Shown here piece by piece: positions 31,184-41,536 of a DNA stretch of 64,000 nt. Numbering within the stretch: the first letter of the stretch is position 1; every line of letters starts with the position of its first letter. The position numbers and the translations under genes were made by a program. This DNA is from Polyangiales bacterium (GTDB taxonomy: Bacteria > Myxococcota_A > Polyangia > Polyangiales > Polyangiaceae). Where the stretch lies: the NCBI GenBank assembly GCA_038230375.1, contig JBBRNJ010000021.1, positions 32,001 through 96,000 on the forward strand, written 5' to 3'. The notes beneath the pieces were generated by a model. It saw nothing but the letters and a program-made list of their open reading frames with translations. It searched no databases and was not told the DNA's origin.

Positions 31184-31911
31184 GCGCTACTCCCCTCAAG
31201 AAGGACATGACTCGCGCCGACTACGAGCGGTATTTGCCGCTCGTCCGTCGTATCGCGATGAAGCTCGTGCGGCGCATGCCGCGTGAGGTGTCCATAGACG
31301 ATCTGATCGGCGCCGGATGGCTCGGGCTGGTGGAGGCGCTGCGTCGCCGCACGATCGAGATGAACGAAGAGGAGTTCACTGCCTATGCGTCGCATCGCGT
31401 TCGCGGTGCGATCCTGGACCATCTGCGCGCGCTCGATCCCATGTCGCGCAAGATGCGCGGCGCGTCCCGCAAGATCGCGGAGAGCATCAAGGTGCTCGCA
31501 GTGCGTCTCGGGCGACCGCCCGAGGAAGGCGAGATCGCCGCGGAGATGGGGCTGCCGCTGGACGAGTATCAGGAGCTCCTCTCCGACGTGTCACGCGCGG
31601 ACTGCGCACGCATCGACATCACCGAGGTCAACGCTCCCGACGCGGGCGAGGGGCCGGAGCTCTTCTTCGGGCGTCGTGAGGTGGTCGATCGCATCGCGAG
31701 CGCGGTCGACGCGCTGCCGGAGCGTCTGCGTCTGGTGCTGGGTCTGCACTACCAGGAGGATGCGAGCCTGCGAGAGATCGGCGAGGTGCTCGGCGTGACG
31801 GAGTCGCGCGCGTGCCAGCTCCATTCGGAGGCGATTCACCGCATCCGCGCGCAGATGGCGACGGAAGACGAGAGCAAGGTCTCCGTGCAACGGATACGAG
31901 GTAGCAAATGA
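31180..31911 (+). CDS. fliA: Flagellar sigma factor sigma28
   Basis: DDLIGAGWLGLVEA, RVRGAILDHLR, LREIGEVLGVTESRACQLH. Confidence 0.95.
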   Translation: MSATPLKKDMTRADYERYLPLVRRIAMKLVRRMPREVSIDDLIGAGWLGLVEALRRRTIEMNEEEFTAYASHRVRGAILDHLRALDPMSRKMRGASRKIAESIKVLAVRLGRPPEEGEIAAEMGLPLDEYQELLSDVSRADCARIDITEVNAPDAGEGPELFFGRREVVDRIASAVDALPERLRLVLGLHYQEDASLREIGEVLGVTESRACQLHSEAIHRIRAQMATEDESKVSVQRIRGSK

Positions 31912-32630
31912 GCGATGGCATCTGGTCCGCCGCGTCCGGCGCGATGAATCAGCTTGCGATGCTGGATACGTGCGCGAACAACGTCGCGAACGCGAGCACG
32001 CCTGGCTACAAGACGGAGCAGATCGTCTTCAAGGAAGTGATGGCGGGCGCCGCGCAGCGCAAGGACGTGCGCCTGTCGCAGATCGCGCAGACCTCCTCGG
32101 ATATCACCGCGGCTGGCTCCATGGCGACGGGCCGCGGCCTGGACGTGGCGTTCACGGGTGAAGGCTTCTTCAAGGTGAAGGTCGGCGACGGCGAGCAGTA
32201 CACGCGCGTTGGCTCCTTCGAGGTCTCGAAGGAAGGACACCTGGTCGACAAGAGCGGCGCGGACATGCTGGATCGCGGCGGCGCGCCCATCCTGGTCGCG
32301 CGTGAGGCGAAGGCCGTGGAGATCGCCGCCGATGGCAGCGTGACCGCGGACGGCAACAAGGTGGGGCAGCTCGGCGTGGTGACGTTCGACAAGGGCAGCA
32401 TGCTCGAGCGCGCGGAGGGGCAGCGTTACCGGGCGAATGCGAGCACGGGCACTGCGCGTGAGATCGACGCCAAGCTCTCGACGGGCGCGCTGGAGCAATC
32501 CAACGCGTCACCGGTGCGGAGCATGGTGGACATCGTCTCGGCGGTGCGTGGCTTCGAGGTCTGCGAGAAGGCCGTCGAGGCCTTCCGCGATGCGGACATG
32601 CGCGCGGCCCAGGCCATCATGAAAAGCTGA
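31908..32630 (+). CDS. flgF: Proximal rod protein
   Basis: ANNVANASTPGYK, TGRGLDVA..GEGFF, LEQSN; 240 aa. Confidence 0.88.
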   Translation: MSDGIWSAASGAMNQLAMLDTCANNVANASTPGYKTEQIVFKEVMAGAAQRKDVRLSQIAQTSSDITAAGSMATGRGLDVAFTGEGFFKVKVGDGEQYTRVGSFEVSKEGHLVDKSGADMLDRGGAPILVAREAKAVEIAADGSVTADGNKVGQLGVVTFDKGSMLERAEGQRYRANASTGTAREIDAKLSTGALEQSNASPVRSMVDIVSAVRGFEVCEKAVEAFRDADMRAAQAIMKS

Positions 32631-32636
32631 GGTCGA

Positions 32637-33434
32637 TCACGGGAGGGCGTAGACGGTCTGGATCTCGGCGTCGGTCAGCGCGTGATCGTAGATCCGGAGG
32701 GAGTCGACTGCGCCCTTGTAGTGATTGCGGAACCCGTTCACGTCGTTCTGGGTGGTCTCGGCCCCGACGAAGAGCTGACCCGCGCCCGTGTTGAGCTTCG
32801 TTCCGACGGTGACGCTCTTGACCGCGGTATTCGTCCAGATCTTCAAGGACGTCGGCGGCGTGAACACCACGGCGACGAACGTCCACGTTCCAGTGGAAAA
32901 CGTCATCCCCGACTTCGCGTCGTTGCACCCGCTCCAGAAGCTGGTGGAGCCCTGGTAGCCAAGGGCGAATTCCCCTCCCGTGCAGTCGCCGGTACCAAAC
33001 TGCACGATGCTCCACTGCGCGTGCTGATCAGCCATGTTGATCCACATGGTCATGGTGCGTTCCACCGTACCGACGGGCAGCCCGGCGTTCGGCGCGACCA
33101 TGTAGTTCTTGTTGCCGTCGAAGAAGTACGCGGCGTTCGCGGTGCCGAATCGATCAGCGACGAGCGTGGCGCCGCTGTTCGTGAGATCGTGCGCGTTGCC
33201 GCTGTGGTCCTTCGTGTCGCCGTCGAACGGGTAATAGAAGAGGAGGCCGGTCGGTGGAGTGGGCGACACCGCGTCAATCGGAGGCGCACTGTCGATCGCT
33301 GACGTTGGCGCAGCGTCGCGGGTCGGAGCTGTCGCGTCGCCGTCGACATCCACGCCTGTGCCTTCGGTGGAGAGGCCGCACGCCGCGATCCAGGTCACTG
33401 CGATCACGGTCGCCGCCACGCAGAACCGGTTCAT
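32637..33434 (-). CDS. LamG/concanavalin A-like domain lipoprotein
   Basis: Lipobox IAAC; YYPFDGDTKDHSGN, DRFGTANAAYFFDG, GAVDSLRIYDHALT. Confidence 0.88.
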   Translation of the reverse strand: MNRFCVAATVIAVTWIAACGLSTEGTGVDVDGDATAPTRDAAPTSAIDSAPPIDAVSPTPPTGLLFYYPFDGDTKDHSGNAHDLTNSGATLVADRFGTANAAYFFDGNKNYMVAPNAGLPVGTVERTMTMWINMADQHAQWSIVQFGTGDCTGGEFALGYQGSTSFWSGCNDAKSGMTFSTGTWTFVAVVFTPPTSLKIWTNTAVKSVTVGTKLNTGAGQLFVGAETTQNDVNGFRNHYKGAVDSLRIYDHALTDAEIQTVYALP

Positions 33435-33495
33435 GTGGAGCGTCTGGCGCATGAACTCCGCATGGAAAGAGGATAGCCTTGTGTGGTGAAGGTAG

Positions 33496-34095
33496 ATGGG
33501 TAATCTCGATTTTTTCGCGGCGCGGGGCGATCTCCACGAGGTGCTCGCGTTCGTCTTTGCGGAGACGGACTTCCGCGTGTTCGAGTCGTACTCGCGCTTC
33601 GGTGAGAAGCTGCGTGAGTTCCGTTCGCTCGCGGCGATCTGCGACGCGTTTCCGATCGGCAAGGATCCTCATGGAAACGGCTACGCGGTGACGTTGCAGC
33701 TCTGGTCGCCTTCCGTGATGAAGCGCCCGCGCACCTGTCGAATCAAGCTCGACCCGAAGACCTGCGCCGGCCACACGGTGCGCTACAACATCGAGGGCTG
33801 GGGCCTCGCGCAGCTCTATCTCGGGGGGGTCTACAAGAAGATCGTGACGAAGTCGCACTTCGGCCACAACAGCGCGAAGCGCGCGGCAAGCTGGAACAGC
33901 GAGGACGGTGTCGATTGGAAGGCGCTCGAGCAGCTCTCGGGGCGCTTCCGCCGTCATGTCGCAAAGCTCTCCGCTGCGAAGGCGCCGGGCCGCCCGATCC
34001 TGCCCGCGGCGCTGGCGCTTGCGCGAAAGGGTTACGAGCTGAAGGAGATGAAGGGCTGCACATGGGCTCACAAAATCCAGAGCGTGAAGCGCTAG
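33496..34095 (+). CDS. Hypothetical protein
   Basis: 199 aa ORF with genome-typical codon usage; no recognised motif. Confidence 0.7.
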   Translation: MGNLDFFAARGDLHEVLAFVFAETDFRVFESYSRFGEKLREFRSLAAICDAFPIGKDPHGNGYAVTLQLWSPSVMKRPRTCRIKLDPKTCAGHTVRYNIEGWGLAQLYLGGVYKKIVTKSHFGHNSAKRAASWNSEDGVDWKALEQLSGRFRRHVAKLSAAKAPGRPILPAALALARKGYELKEMKGCTWAHKIQSVKR

Positions 34096-34189
34096 GATTG
34101 TATGTGCGCTTGATCGCACGGGATCTGTCTCAAAAAAAAATAGTACCGGAACGTGATCAAACGGGCGTTACGCGGACATTGGCCCCTGT

Positions 34190-34771
34190 ATGTCCACCCG
34201 TCTCGGTTCCCTCATCCTTCTGGCCGCAATTGCGGTCGCTTGTAGTTCCTCCAGCACCACAACGACGACCAACAACGGCACAGATGCTGGCGGTGGTGGG
34301 GGCGGCACGGATGGCGGTGGCGGCGGCGCAGATGGCGGCGGCGCAGCTACGGGGACCAGCATCACGGGTACGCTTGGCATGCTCGGCGCCGCACAGCCGA
34401 CCGTGTCGTCGCTCGTCATCTCCAACAGCGGCGAGACGCTCATCTACTTGAGCAGCGCACCCATCACGTGCACGATGCTCCAGACATCGCGGTGGCTCGG
34501 GTCTGCGACAGCGGGCTCGCAGGTCGTGGAGCTCATCATCAAGGGTGATCCAACGGTCAATACGTTCGCCGTCCCGCCGGGCGAGGTGAACTACGCCCCA
34601 GGTGGCAAGTCCTCCGCGAACGAGATCGGCGCCGATTCCGGCAGCATCACGTTCACCAAGGCGATGAAGGCCGGCCCGGTCGCGGGGTCATTCTCCGCGA
34701 AGTACGCTGACGGCAGCGAGATCAGCGGCACCTTCGCCGCGGAGTTCTGCGCCATGGGTCAAGGGTACTGA
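34190..34771 (+). CDS. Lipoprotein with Gly-rich linker
   Basis: Lipobox AVAC; S/T/G linker; beta-rich domain with two Cys. Confidence 0.8.
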   Translation: MSTRLGSLILLAAIAVACSSSSTTTTTNNGTDAGGGGGGTDGGGGGADGGGAATGTSITGTLGMLGAAQPTVSSLVISNSGETLIYLSSAPITCTMLQTSRWLGSATAGSQVVELIIKGDPTVNTFAVPPGEVNYAPGGKSSANEIGADSGSITFTKAMKAGPVAGSFSAKYADGSEISGTFAAEFCAMGQGY

Positions 34772-34773
34772 GC

Positions 34774-35772
34774 ATGTTGACGAAGCAGATCACTGGCGTT
34801 CTGGTCCTCACACTCGCGCTGTCCGCCGTGGGAGCAGCCTGCAGCAGCAGCAGCAGCTCCGGCGGGAACAACACGCAGGCAGACTCCGGACCGCCGGACT
34901 CTGGACACGTCCCCACCGCCACCACCGGCACGGTAGAGCGCGGTCAGTACCTGGTCGATCACGTGCTCGTCTGCGGCGTCTGCCACACGCCGAATGGCAA
35001 GGACGGCAAGCCGGACATGACGCTCTACCTGGCGGGCAGCCGCTCCTACGACTTCACGGACAAGGACGGCACCATCGTCACCGTCAACGCGGAGAACCTG
35101 ACGACGGACAACCCGGAAGGGCTCTTCACGTGGTCGGACGAGCAGATCCGCACCGCGCTCACCGGCGGCATCGACGATGAGCACGTGGCGCTCTACCCGA
35201 TCATGCCGTACCCCGAGTACAGCCTGCTCACGCGCACGGACGTGGACTCGATCATCCAGTACCTCCGCACGATCACGCCGAACCCGAACGTCGTCGCGGC
35301 GGATTACCCGTACTCGGACCAGAACCCACCTGCGCCCGTGGTCGACGGCACGAAGATCCCGCACACCACGCTGCCCGCCAGCGATCCGGGCTTTGCGGCC
35401 GCGGAGCGTGGTCGCTACCTCGCGAGCGTGGCGTGCCTCAACTGCCACACGCCGCAGCTCGGCGCCGACATACCGGATCTCACCAAGGCGTTTGCGGGCG
35501 GCAAGAAGTACACGTTCATCCGCGGCGCAAAGGAGAACACCTCCGTCAACATCACGCCGGACATGACCTCGGGCATCGGCTCGTGGAGCATTGCGGACAT
35601 CGTTGCCTCTCTGAAGACGGACACGGAGAAGGGCACCGGACGCACGCTGTGCAGCACGCACCCGGGACAGGCCGACTACCTGGGCAAGATGACGGACGGA
35701 GACATGACCGACATCGCCACGTACCTCCATACGCTGGCGCCCATCATGAATGGACCCTTCAAGTGCGAATGA
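34774..35772 (+). CDS. Diheme cytochrome c lipoprotein
   Basis: Lipobox GAAC; ERGQYL..CGVCH and ERGRYL..CLNCH; NLT/NITPD..GIGSWS repeats. Confidence 0.9.
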   Translation: MLTKQITGVLVLTLALSAVGAACSSSSSSGGNNTQADSGPPDSGHVPTATTGTVERGQYLVDHVLVCGVCHTPNGKDGKPDMTLYLAGSRSYDFTDKDGTIVTVNAENLTTDNPEGLFTWSDEQIRTALTGGIDDEHVALYPIMPYPEYSLLTRTDVDSIIQYLRTITPNPNVVAADYPYSDQNPPAPVVDGTKIPHTTLPASDPGFAAAERGRYLASVACLNCHTPQLGADIPDLTKAFAGGKKYTFIRGAKENTSVNITPDMTSGIGSWSIADIVASLKTDTEKGTGRTLCSTHPGQADYLGKMTDGDMTDIATYLHTLAPIMNGPFKCE

Positions 35773-36212
35773 AACGTCGCCTCGGAACGCTGGGCGCGCT
35801 CGTCCTCTGCGCGCTCGGGTTCGCCGTCGCGCCAGGCTGCTCGTCGAGCTCATCGGGCCCGCCGGCGGCCACGCTGACGCAGATCTACCCGCTCATCTTT
35901 CCGCCCACGACCAAGGCGCAGTGCAATCAGTGCCACAGCAATCCGGCGAACGACGTCGGCAACGGCAAGCTGTCCATGGGCGCGGACCAGGCGGCCGCAT
36001 ATGCGTCGCTCGTCGGCAAGACATCTGCCTCCAGCAAATGTGGCGGCAAGCCGCTCTTGACACCGGGCGATCCCGAAAACAGCCTGTTTTACCAGAAGAT
36101 GACGGCCGCTCCTCCGTGCGGCGGTCACATGCCGCTCGGCGGCGATCCTCTCTCGGCCGAGCAGCTCGACATGGTGCACAGCTGGATCGCTGCCGGAGCG
36201 AAGAACGACTGA
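35769..36212 (+). CDS. Monoheme cytochrome c lipoprotein
   Basis: Lipobox APGC; CNQCH, PGDPENS, HMP, WIAAGA. Confidence 0.88.
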   Translation: MKRRLGTLGALVLCALGFAVAPGCSSSSSGPPAATLTQIYPLIFPPTTKAQCNQCHSNPANDVGNGKLSMGADQAAAYASLVGKTSASSKCGGKPLLTPGDPENSLFYQKMTAAPPCGGHMPLGGDPLSAEQLDMVHSWIAAGAKND

Positions 36213-36238
36213 CGCGTCCGTTCGCGCGCTAGAACGTC

Positions 36239-36982
36239 GTGACGATGAAGAAGATCCCTGCCGTCGCTCTCATGTTCTGGATCATGAAGATCTGCGCCAC
36301 CACTCTGGGCGAGACGGCGGGCGACCTCTTGTCCATGACCATGAGTGTTGGATACGGCGCGAGCACGCTCATCCTTCTTGGGTTCTTCGTGGTCACGCTC
36401 GCCGTGCAGCTCCTCACGACCACGTATCACCCGGCGGTCTACTGGCTGGTCATCCTGTCCACCAGTACGGCGGGCACCACCATGTCGGACTTCATGGATC
36501 GTACCCTGGAGCTCGGCTACGTGAAGGGAAGCGCGTTCCTGATCGTGCTGCTCTGCTCGGTCCTCTTCCTCTGGCGAGCGCTCGAGGGAACGCTCGCCGT
36601 GGACAAGATCGCGACCCGCCGCGGTGAGATCTTTTACTGGGCCGCGATCCTGGTCTCCAACACACTTGGAACGGCCTTCGGCGATTTCCTGGCCGACAGC
36701 TCCGGCCTTGGCTTCGGCGGTGGCGCGGCGCTCGTGGGGGCGCTCCTCGTCGTGATCGTCGTGCTCACGTTCAAGACCAAGATCTCGCGCGTGCCGCTCT
36801 TCTGGGCTGCGTTCGTGCTCACCAGGCCGTTCGGCGCGACCATGGGTGACGTGCTCACGAAGGGTCACGACAAGGGCGGCCTGGGGCTTGGCACCGTTGG
36901 CTCTTCCGCGGTCCTGGGCGTGATCCTCGTGGTCCTCATCATCATTGCAACACGGAACATCCGCAAGGAAGCACTCGCATGA
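36239..36982 (+). CDS. COG4705/DUF347 membrane protein
   Basis: FWIMKICATTLGETAGD, YWLVILSTSTAGTTMSD, FWAAFVLTRPFGATMGD repeats. Confidence 0.9.
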   Translation: MTMKKIPAVALMFWIMKICATTLGETAGDLLSMTMSVGYGASTLILLGFFVVTLAVQLLTTTYHPAVYWLVILSTSTAGTTMSDFMDRTLELGYVKGSAFLIVLLCSVLFLWRALEGTLAVDKIATRRGEIFYWAAILVSNTLGTAFGDFLADSSGLGFGGGAALVGALLVVIVVLTFKTKISRVPLFWAAFVLTRPFGATMGDVLTKGHDKGGLGLGTVGSSAVLGVILVVLIIIATRNIRKEALA

Positions 36983-38043
36983 CCAGCCACGGCACCCGGG
37001 GACTACTGCTCTGCACCATCGCGTTCGGCATCTGCGAGCTCGTAGCGTGCTCGACCAAGAGCGCAGCGTCGGATACCGGCATCGACAGCTCGTGCGTCAT
37101 CCCGGACACGGGTCTCCCGACAGATGTATTCTGCACGGGTCTCTACGCGAACCACGACCCGGCGCAGTACGTCTCCCGCGTGATGCCTTACACGCCCGGA
37201 GTCACGCTATGGAGCGACGGCGCGGAGAAGCACCGCTACATGCTCTTGCCGGCCGGTACGCAGATCGACACGTCGAACATGGATGCCTGGAAATTCCCGG
37301 TCGACACGAAGTTCTGGAAGGAGTTCAAGTTCGACGGTGCGCTCGTGGAGACGCGCATCCTGTGGAAGCGCACCGACACGACGTGGGAGCTCGGTACGTA
37401 CATCTGGGACGCCGACGGCAAGACGGCAACGCTGAGCACCTCCGCGCCGAAGGGCACGTTCCTGCCCAGCGGCTACGAGATCCCCACGCAGAAGGACTGC
37501 GACAAGTGCCACCACGGCGGCTCTGACAAGGTGCTCGGCGTGGAGGCGGCCGCGCTCTCGCTCCCCACCGCAGCCGGCGCGACGCTCACTGTGCTCGCGC
37601 AGAAGAACCTCCTCACGAACCCGCCCGCCGTGACGACGGCCACGCTCCCCGAGGACGCCACGGGCAAGGCTGCGCTCGCCATGGGATACCTGCACGCCAA
37701 CTGCGGCATGCCGTGTCATTCCACGCGCGGTCTGGGTGAGGAGACGAAGCTGGTGTTGCGCCTGCGCGCCGACGAGCTCATGCCTCCGGGTGGCGGACCG
37801 CCCATCGCAGCGACCGCGACCGATCTCTACAAGGCGACGTTCAAGCAGCTGCCCACAACTGCGTCCGTCGTGCAGCAGTTCCCGGGCGACTTCCGCGTGA
37901 CGCCGGGCGCGCACGACAAGAGCGTTGTCTGGCTCGTCTCGCACCTGCGCGGCAAGTACCAGATGCCGCCGCTCGTCAGCCACAAGATCGACGACGCCGG
38001 CACACAGCTTCTGGCCGACTGGATCGACGCGCTGCCGAAGTAG
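36979..38043 (+). CDS. SO2930-like cytochrome c lipoprotein
   Basis: Lipobox LVAC; LWSDGAEKHR, FPVDT.FWKEF, VETR, CDKCH, YLHANCGMPCH, QMPPL. Confidence 0.85.
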   Translation: MTSHGTRGLLLCTIAFGICELVACSTKSAASDTGIDSSCVIPDTGLPTDVFCTGLYANHDPAQYVSRVMPYTPGVTLWSDGAEKHRYMLLPAGTQIDTSNMDAWKFPVDTKFWKEFKFDGALVETRILWKRTDTTWELGTYIWDADGKTATLSTSAPKGTFLPSGYEIPTQKDCDKCHHGGSDKVLGVEAAALSLPTAAGATLTVLAQKNLLTNPPAVTTATLPEDATGKAALAMGYLHANCGMPCHSTRGLGEETKLVLRLRADELMPPGGGPPIAATATDLYKATFKQLPTTASVVQQFPGDFRVTPGAHDKSVVWLVSHLRGKYQMPPLVSHKIDDAGTQLLADWIDALPK

Positions 38044-38281
38044 CGGCGCTCTACGCGGCGGCCTACCTATGGGCGCGCGCGACGCACCAGTTGGTTCCCG
38101 AGACGCCGCTCGAGTTTGCGCTCTGCATCACCGGTTACGTGACTCGACGCCGACGCCAGCGCGCGGCTGTGCAACGGCGTCCCACCGCGTAGAGCCACCA
38201 GAAACATTGAGAAATTAGCCCGACCTCCTGTATGGTCTCGTTCTGGATCGCCTCCCGGCGGGCCATTATTTCGAGGGACCC

Positions 38282-41200
38282 ATGCGAAATTCGAAGAGGC
38301 GTGGAACTGTCGCGGCGGCATTGACCTTCACCATGGCCGGGCTTCTTGCGTTGTCCGCCGATGCCGCGCCGCCATCGACGGTTTCGCTCTCGCCTGCGCA
38401 AAAACATGCAGGTGCGTGCGCGTGGTCGCAGGCGTTGCCGCCCCTCCCGGCGTCGTGCAACGGACTCCTCACGCCAGCGAACGGCGTGGACACGGTCGCC
38501 AAATGCGGCAGCACCGCCTTCTGGGCGAACGCGTGCGGCAGCAACAAGACGCTACCTCCGGCGGGCTCCGTTCCGGCCGGCACCATGGCGCAGACGCCGA
38601 TCGTGCAGCTCTATTGCCACAAGGCGCTGGTCGAGAACTACTGCACCGACCCGAACGAGGAGAGCCTCGTCCCGGCCGACAAGAACACGAGGTCGTCGGC
38701 CATCAGCCCGCTCAAGAACACGGCCGGGGCGCAGCCCGCGAACTGGCTTGTCACGTCGCAGCTTCCCGGCAGGGGTGGTCATCAGACGGGCTTCACCGCA
38801 GCACCGCACAAAGGCGGCAAGTCTGTCCCGCGCTTCACCTACGCCGGACCGACCAGCTCTCAGACCGGCGGACCGTGGGCGCAAACGGTGTCGTCCACGG
38901 GCGGCACCTACGAGACGTCGATGGTCAGCGACTGGGTCGGCAAGTACAACGGCTCGCGCACCCACCAGGCGAACATCCATTTCCTTGGGCTCAAGGGTCA
39001 GGCCGCAGCGACGGAGAACACTTCGCTCTTCACGATCCTTGGCCAGGACAAGTACGTCGGCGACGGCACGTTCAACGCGCAGAACCTTGCGGTCAACAGC
39101 TGCGCGGAGTTTGCCTACCAGCGTTGGTATGACTACACGCGGTTCAAGAACGCGGCGAAGGCCCTCGGGCGCGACTACCGCTCCATCTACCATCTGGCGT
39201 TCTCGTCGCCCTTCGACATGGAGAAGAGGCAGCTCAAGCAGTTCGGCATCGGAGATCTTCCGCAGTCGTGGCCACGCCCTGCAGAGGACAACATCGTCCA
39301 GTCGTTTCCGCACAACATCTTCCTGACTGCGCCGGCCGTGTTTCGTTCGACCGTGGACTCGGCCACCACGCAGGCGATCAAGAACCGGCAGATTCCGGTG
39401 ATCGGCCCCCAGTCCGGCCACGACGGCTTCTACGTGCACCTCCCGTCTCAGCCGACGCGCTTCGCGACCCACAAGGCGATGGCGTCACTGCTCGACACTC
39501 AGTATCACATGACCGACGACGACTTCGCGGAGCGTGGCTCGCGCATGCGCCGCTACCAGGAGCTCGTCAACACCCGCATCGTGCTCCAGCAACAGATCCT
39601 GTGCGGCGCGGACCCCGGCCTCTGCTGCGGTGGTGACCCCTTCTACAACGGTGGCACGAGCAACGCCGTCATGGACAAGGTTCGCGGCGCGACCGTGATC
39701 AATCCCGATCCCAACGCCCTCGGCGCGTTCGGCAGCAACGTGTCGAACGGCAGCCCGTATTCGTCGTTCCAGTCCACGGAAGCGACGTCGCTCAGCTCCA
39801 AGAGCTTCTCGCTCAAGGGCCTCTCGAACCCGGCGAACGCGATCGGCGGATTCAAACAAAAGACGTACACGCCGGTGAGCACGCCGCTGACACCCGTGAC
39901 CGGTTCGGTGGCGTCCATCGCCGGTACCTGTCAATCGCGTGCCCAGCGCCAGGGCACGCTCGCGACGCAAGCGTTGGTCCCGATCCAGAATCAGATGTCG
40001 GACATGATTGTCGCCGAGTGGGCGCAGCCGAACCACGGTTGTCTCGAGACGCCGACCGGAATCGGAAATACCTGCGACTGGTCCTATGAGAAGTTCGCGC
40101 ACATGATGGAGACCTACTTCGACTCGGAAGTAGAGGATTCCTTCACCACGTGCGTCGCGCAGACCAGGGGTGACTTTTCGACCGCGAGAGACGCGGCCAA
40201 GCAAGATCGCGTGTATCCCTGCGAGGAGCGTCACGACTTCGGGGACGATCAGCTCGACACCCAGTACTTCCTGGACTCGGTCCAGGATCGCGGGCCCCGC
40301 TACAGCTGCGAAGTGCTGCGTGGCAGCCAGGCCGTCCAGGACTACCTGGCGCAGAACGCAGCGCTGGTGCGCCAGATTCCGATCCTCGCGGACCACATCG
40401 GTGAGTCGAGCAGCGACAGCTGGCAGCTCGGCGACGAGAGCAGCTTCGGTGCGAAGGCCTCGTACTCGCTCGCCTGGAGTCTTCATGGTGGAGAGAACAA
40501 CAAGAAGACTGCCGACGGCGCCTGGTGCCATCCAGACGGCTCCTCGGCCATGAGCGCAGCAGCGGACATCTACTTCTTCGGCTCCCGTACCAGGGTGTTC
40601 GACGGCGCAGCCAGCGAGACCACCGGCGACTCGTCGACGACGTACGGCACGCACATGCGCTACTACGACATGGACCAAGCCCCGAGCACCGACCTCATCG
40701 ATCTCTTTCCAGCGGTCGCTCCTGGAACCACGCTCGCGGGGTCGCCGGTCAAGGTCCCCGTTGGCGATCCGCAGTCCCTCGGCGACTTGAGCTACGACAT
40801 CTGGTTCACGGTCGGGCCCATCCCGATTCACATCTCCTTCGGCGCGAACGCGACCACAGGCATCGACGTGGAGGCGATTGGACACCACTCCACGAACGGC
40901 TGTCAGCTCGCTGGCAACAAAGGCATCGAGACCGTCAATCTTGGCTACGCGTCGGGCACCGACTTCGAGCCGTGGGCGCAGGCGGACGCATATGCCGACG
41001 CGTCGATCGATATCCTCATCGCGTCCGCAGGCATCCGGATGGATCTCACCCTGTTGCACATCGGCCTTCCCGTTGGCGTGAACACCTCGACTGACGCGCA
41101 CGCGAACCTGACCATGAAGACGGGCTGCCATTTGACGACAGACGCGCTCGAAGGCAACGTCTCGGCGTACCTGACGCTTGGCATCGATCCGTTCTCGCAT

Positions 41201-41536
41201 ACATGGTCCACCACGATCTTCTCGTGGGATGGAATGCACAGCGACACCACTCTCTTCGGCACGACCGCCAACGTCCCGCTCAAGCTCGCAACATGGGCAG
41301 CGCAGCCCGCGGTCAACAACGTGAAGTGCCTTGCCAAGCCGAACCCGGGGCCCGTCGGGAACAAGAACAACACGCCGCCGCTCTCTGCCCCGAGCCCGTT
41401 CTCGTCGCAGCCCACGCTGGCGGGCCATCCTGACTGCATGAAGAACCCGACGGAGGCGAACGGGTGCACGAGCCCCATCAACGCGGCAAGCGTGGGATGC
41501 GCCCCGTACTACAACATGCGTGGACCTTTGCGATGA
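38282..41536 (+). CDS. Large secreted Cys-rich protein with C-terminal beta-sheet region
   Basis: 1084 aa; signal peptide (ADA); stop overlaps next ATG. Confidence 0.85.
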   Translation: MRNSKRRGTVAAALTFTMAGLLALSADAAPPSTVSLSPAQKHAGACAWSQALPPLPASCNGLLTPANGVDTVAKCGSTAFWANACGSNKTLPPAGSVPAGTMAQTPIVQLYCHKALVENYCTDPNEESLVPADKNTRSSAISPLKNTAGAQPANWLVTSQLPGRGGHQTGFTAAPHKGGKSVPRFTYAGPTSSQTGGPWAQTVSSTGGTYETSMVSDWVGKYNGSRTHQANIHFLGLKGQAAATENTSLFTILGQDKYVGDGTFNAQNLAVNSCAEFAYQRWYDYTRFKNAAKALGRDYRSIYHLAFSSPFDMEKRQLKQFGIGDLPQSWPRPAEDNIVQSFPHNIFLTAPAVFRSTVDSATTQAIKNRQIPVIGPQSGHDGFYVHLPSQPTRFATHKAMASLLDTQYHMTDDDFAERGSRMRRYQELVNTRIVLQQQILCGADPGLCCGGDPFYNGGTSNAVMDKVRGATVINPDPNALGAFGSNVSNGSPYSSFQSTEATSLSSKSFSLKGLSNPANAIGGFKQKTYTPVSTPLTPVTGSVASIAGTCQSRAQRQGTLATQALVPIQNQMSDMIVAEWAQPNHGCLETPTGIGNTCDWSYEKFAHMMETYFDSEVEDSFTTCVAQTRGDFSTARDAAKQDRVYPCEERHDFGDDQLDTQYFLDSVQDRGPRYSCEVLRGSQAVQDYLAQNAALVRQIPILADHIGESSSDSWQLGDESSFGAKASYSLAWSLHGGENNKKTADGAWCHPDGSSAMSAAADIYFFGSRTRVFDGAASETTGDSSTTYGTHMRYYDMDQAPSTDLIDLFPAVAPGTTLAGSPVKVPVGDPQSLGDLSYDIWFTVGPIPIHISFGANATTGIDVEAIGHHSTNGCQLAGNKGIETVNLGYASGTDFEPWAQADAYADASIDILIASAGIRMDLTLLHIGLPVGVNTSTDAHANLTMKTGCHLTTDALEGNVSAYLTLGIDPFSHTWSTTIFSWDGMHSDTTLFGTTANVPLKLATWAAQPAVNNVKCLAKPNPGPVGNKNNTPPLSAPSPFSSQPTLAGHPDCMKNPTEANGCTSPINAASVGCAPYYNMRGPLR

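Noticed and set aside
34132..34140. A9 tract as a phase-variation switch
   Set aside because: Intergenic, short and with no evidence of length variation; more likely promoter DNA.
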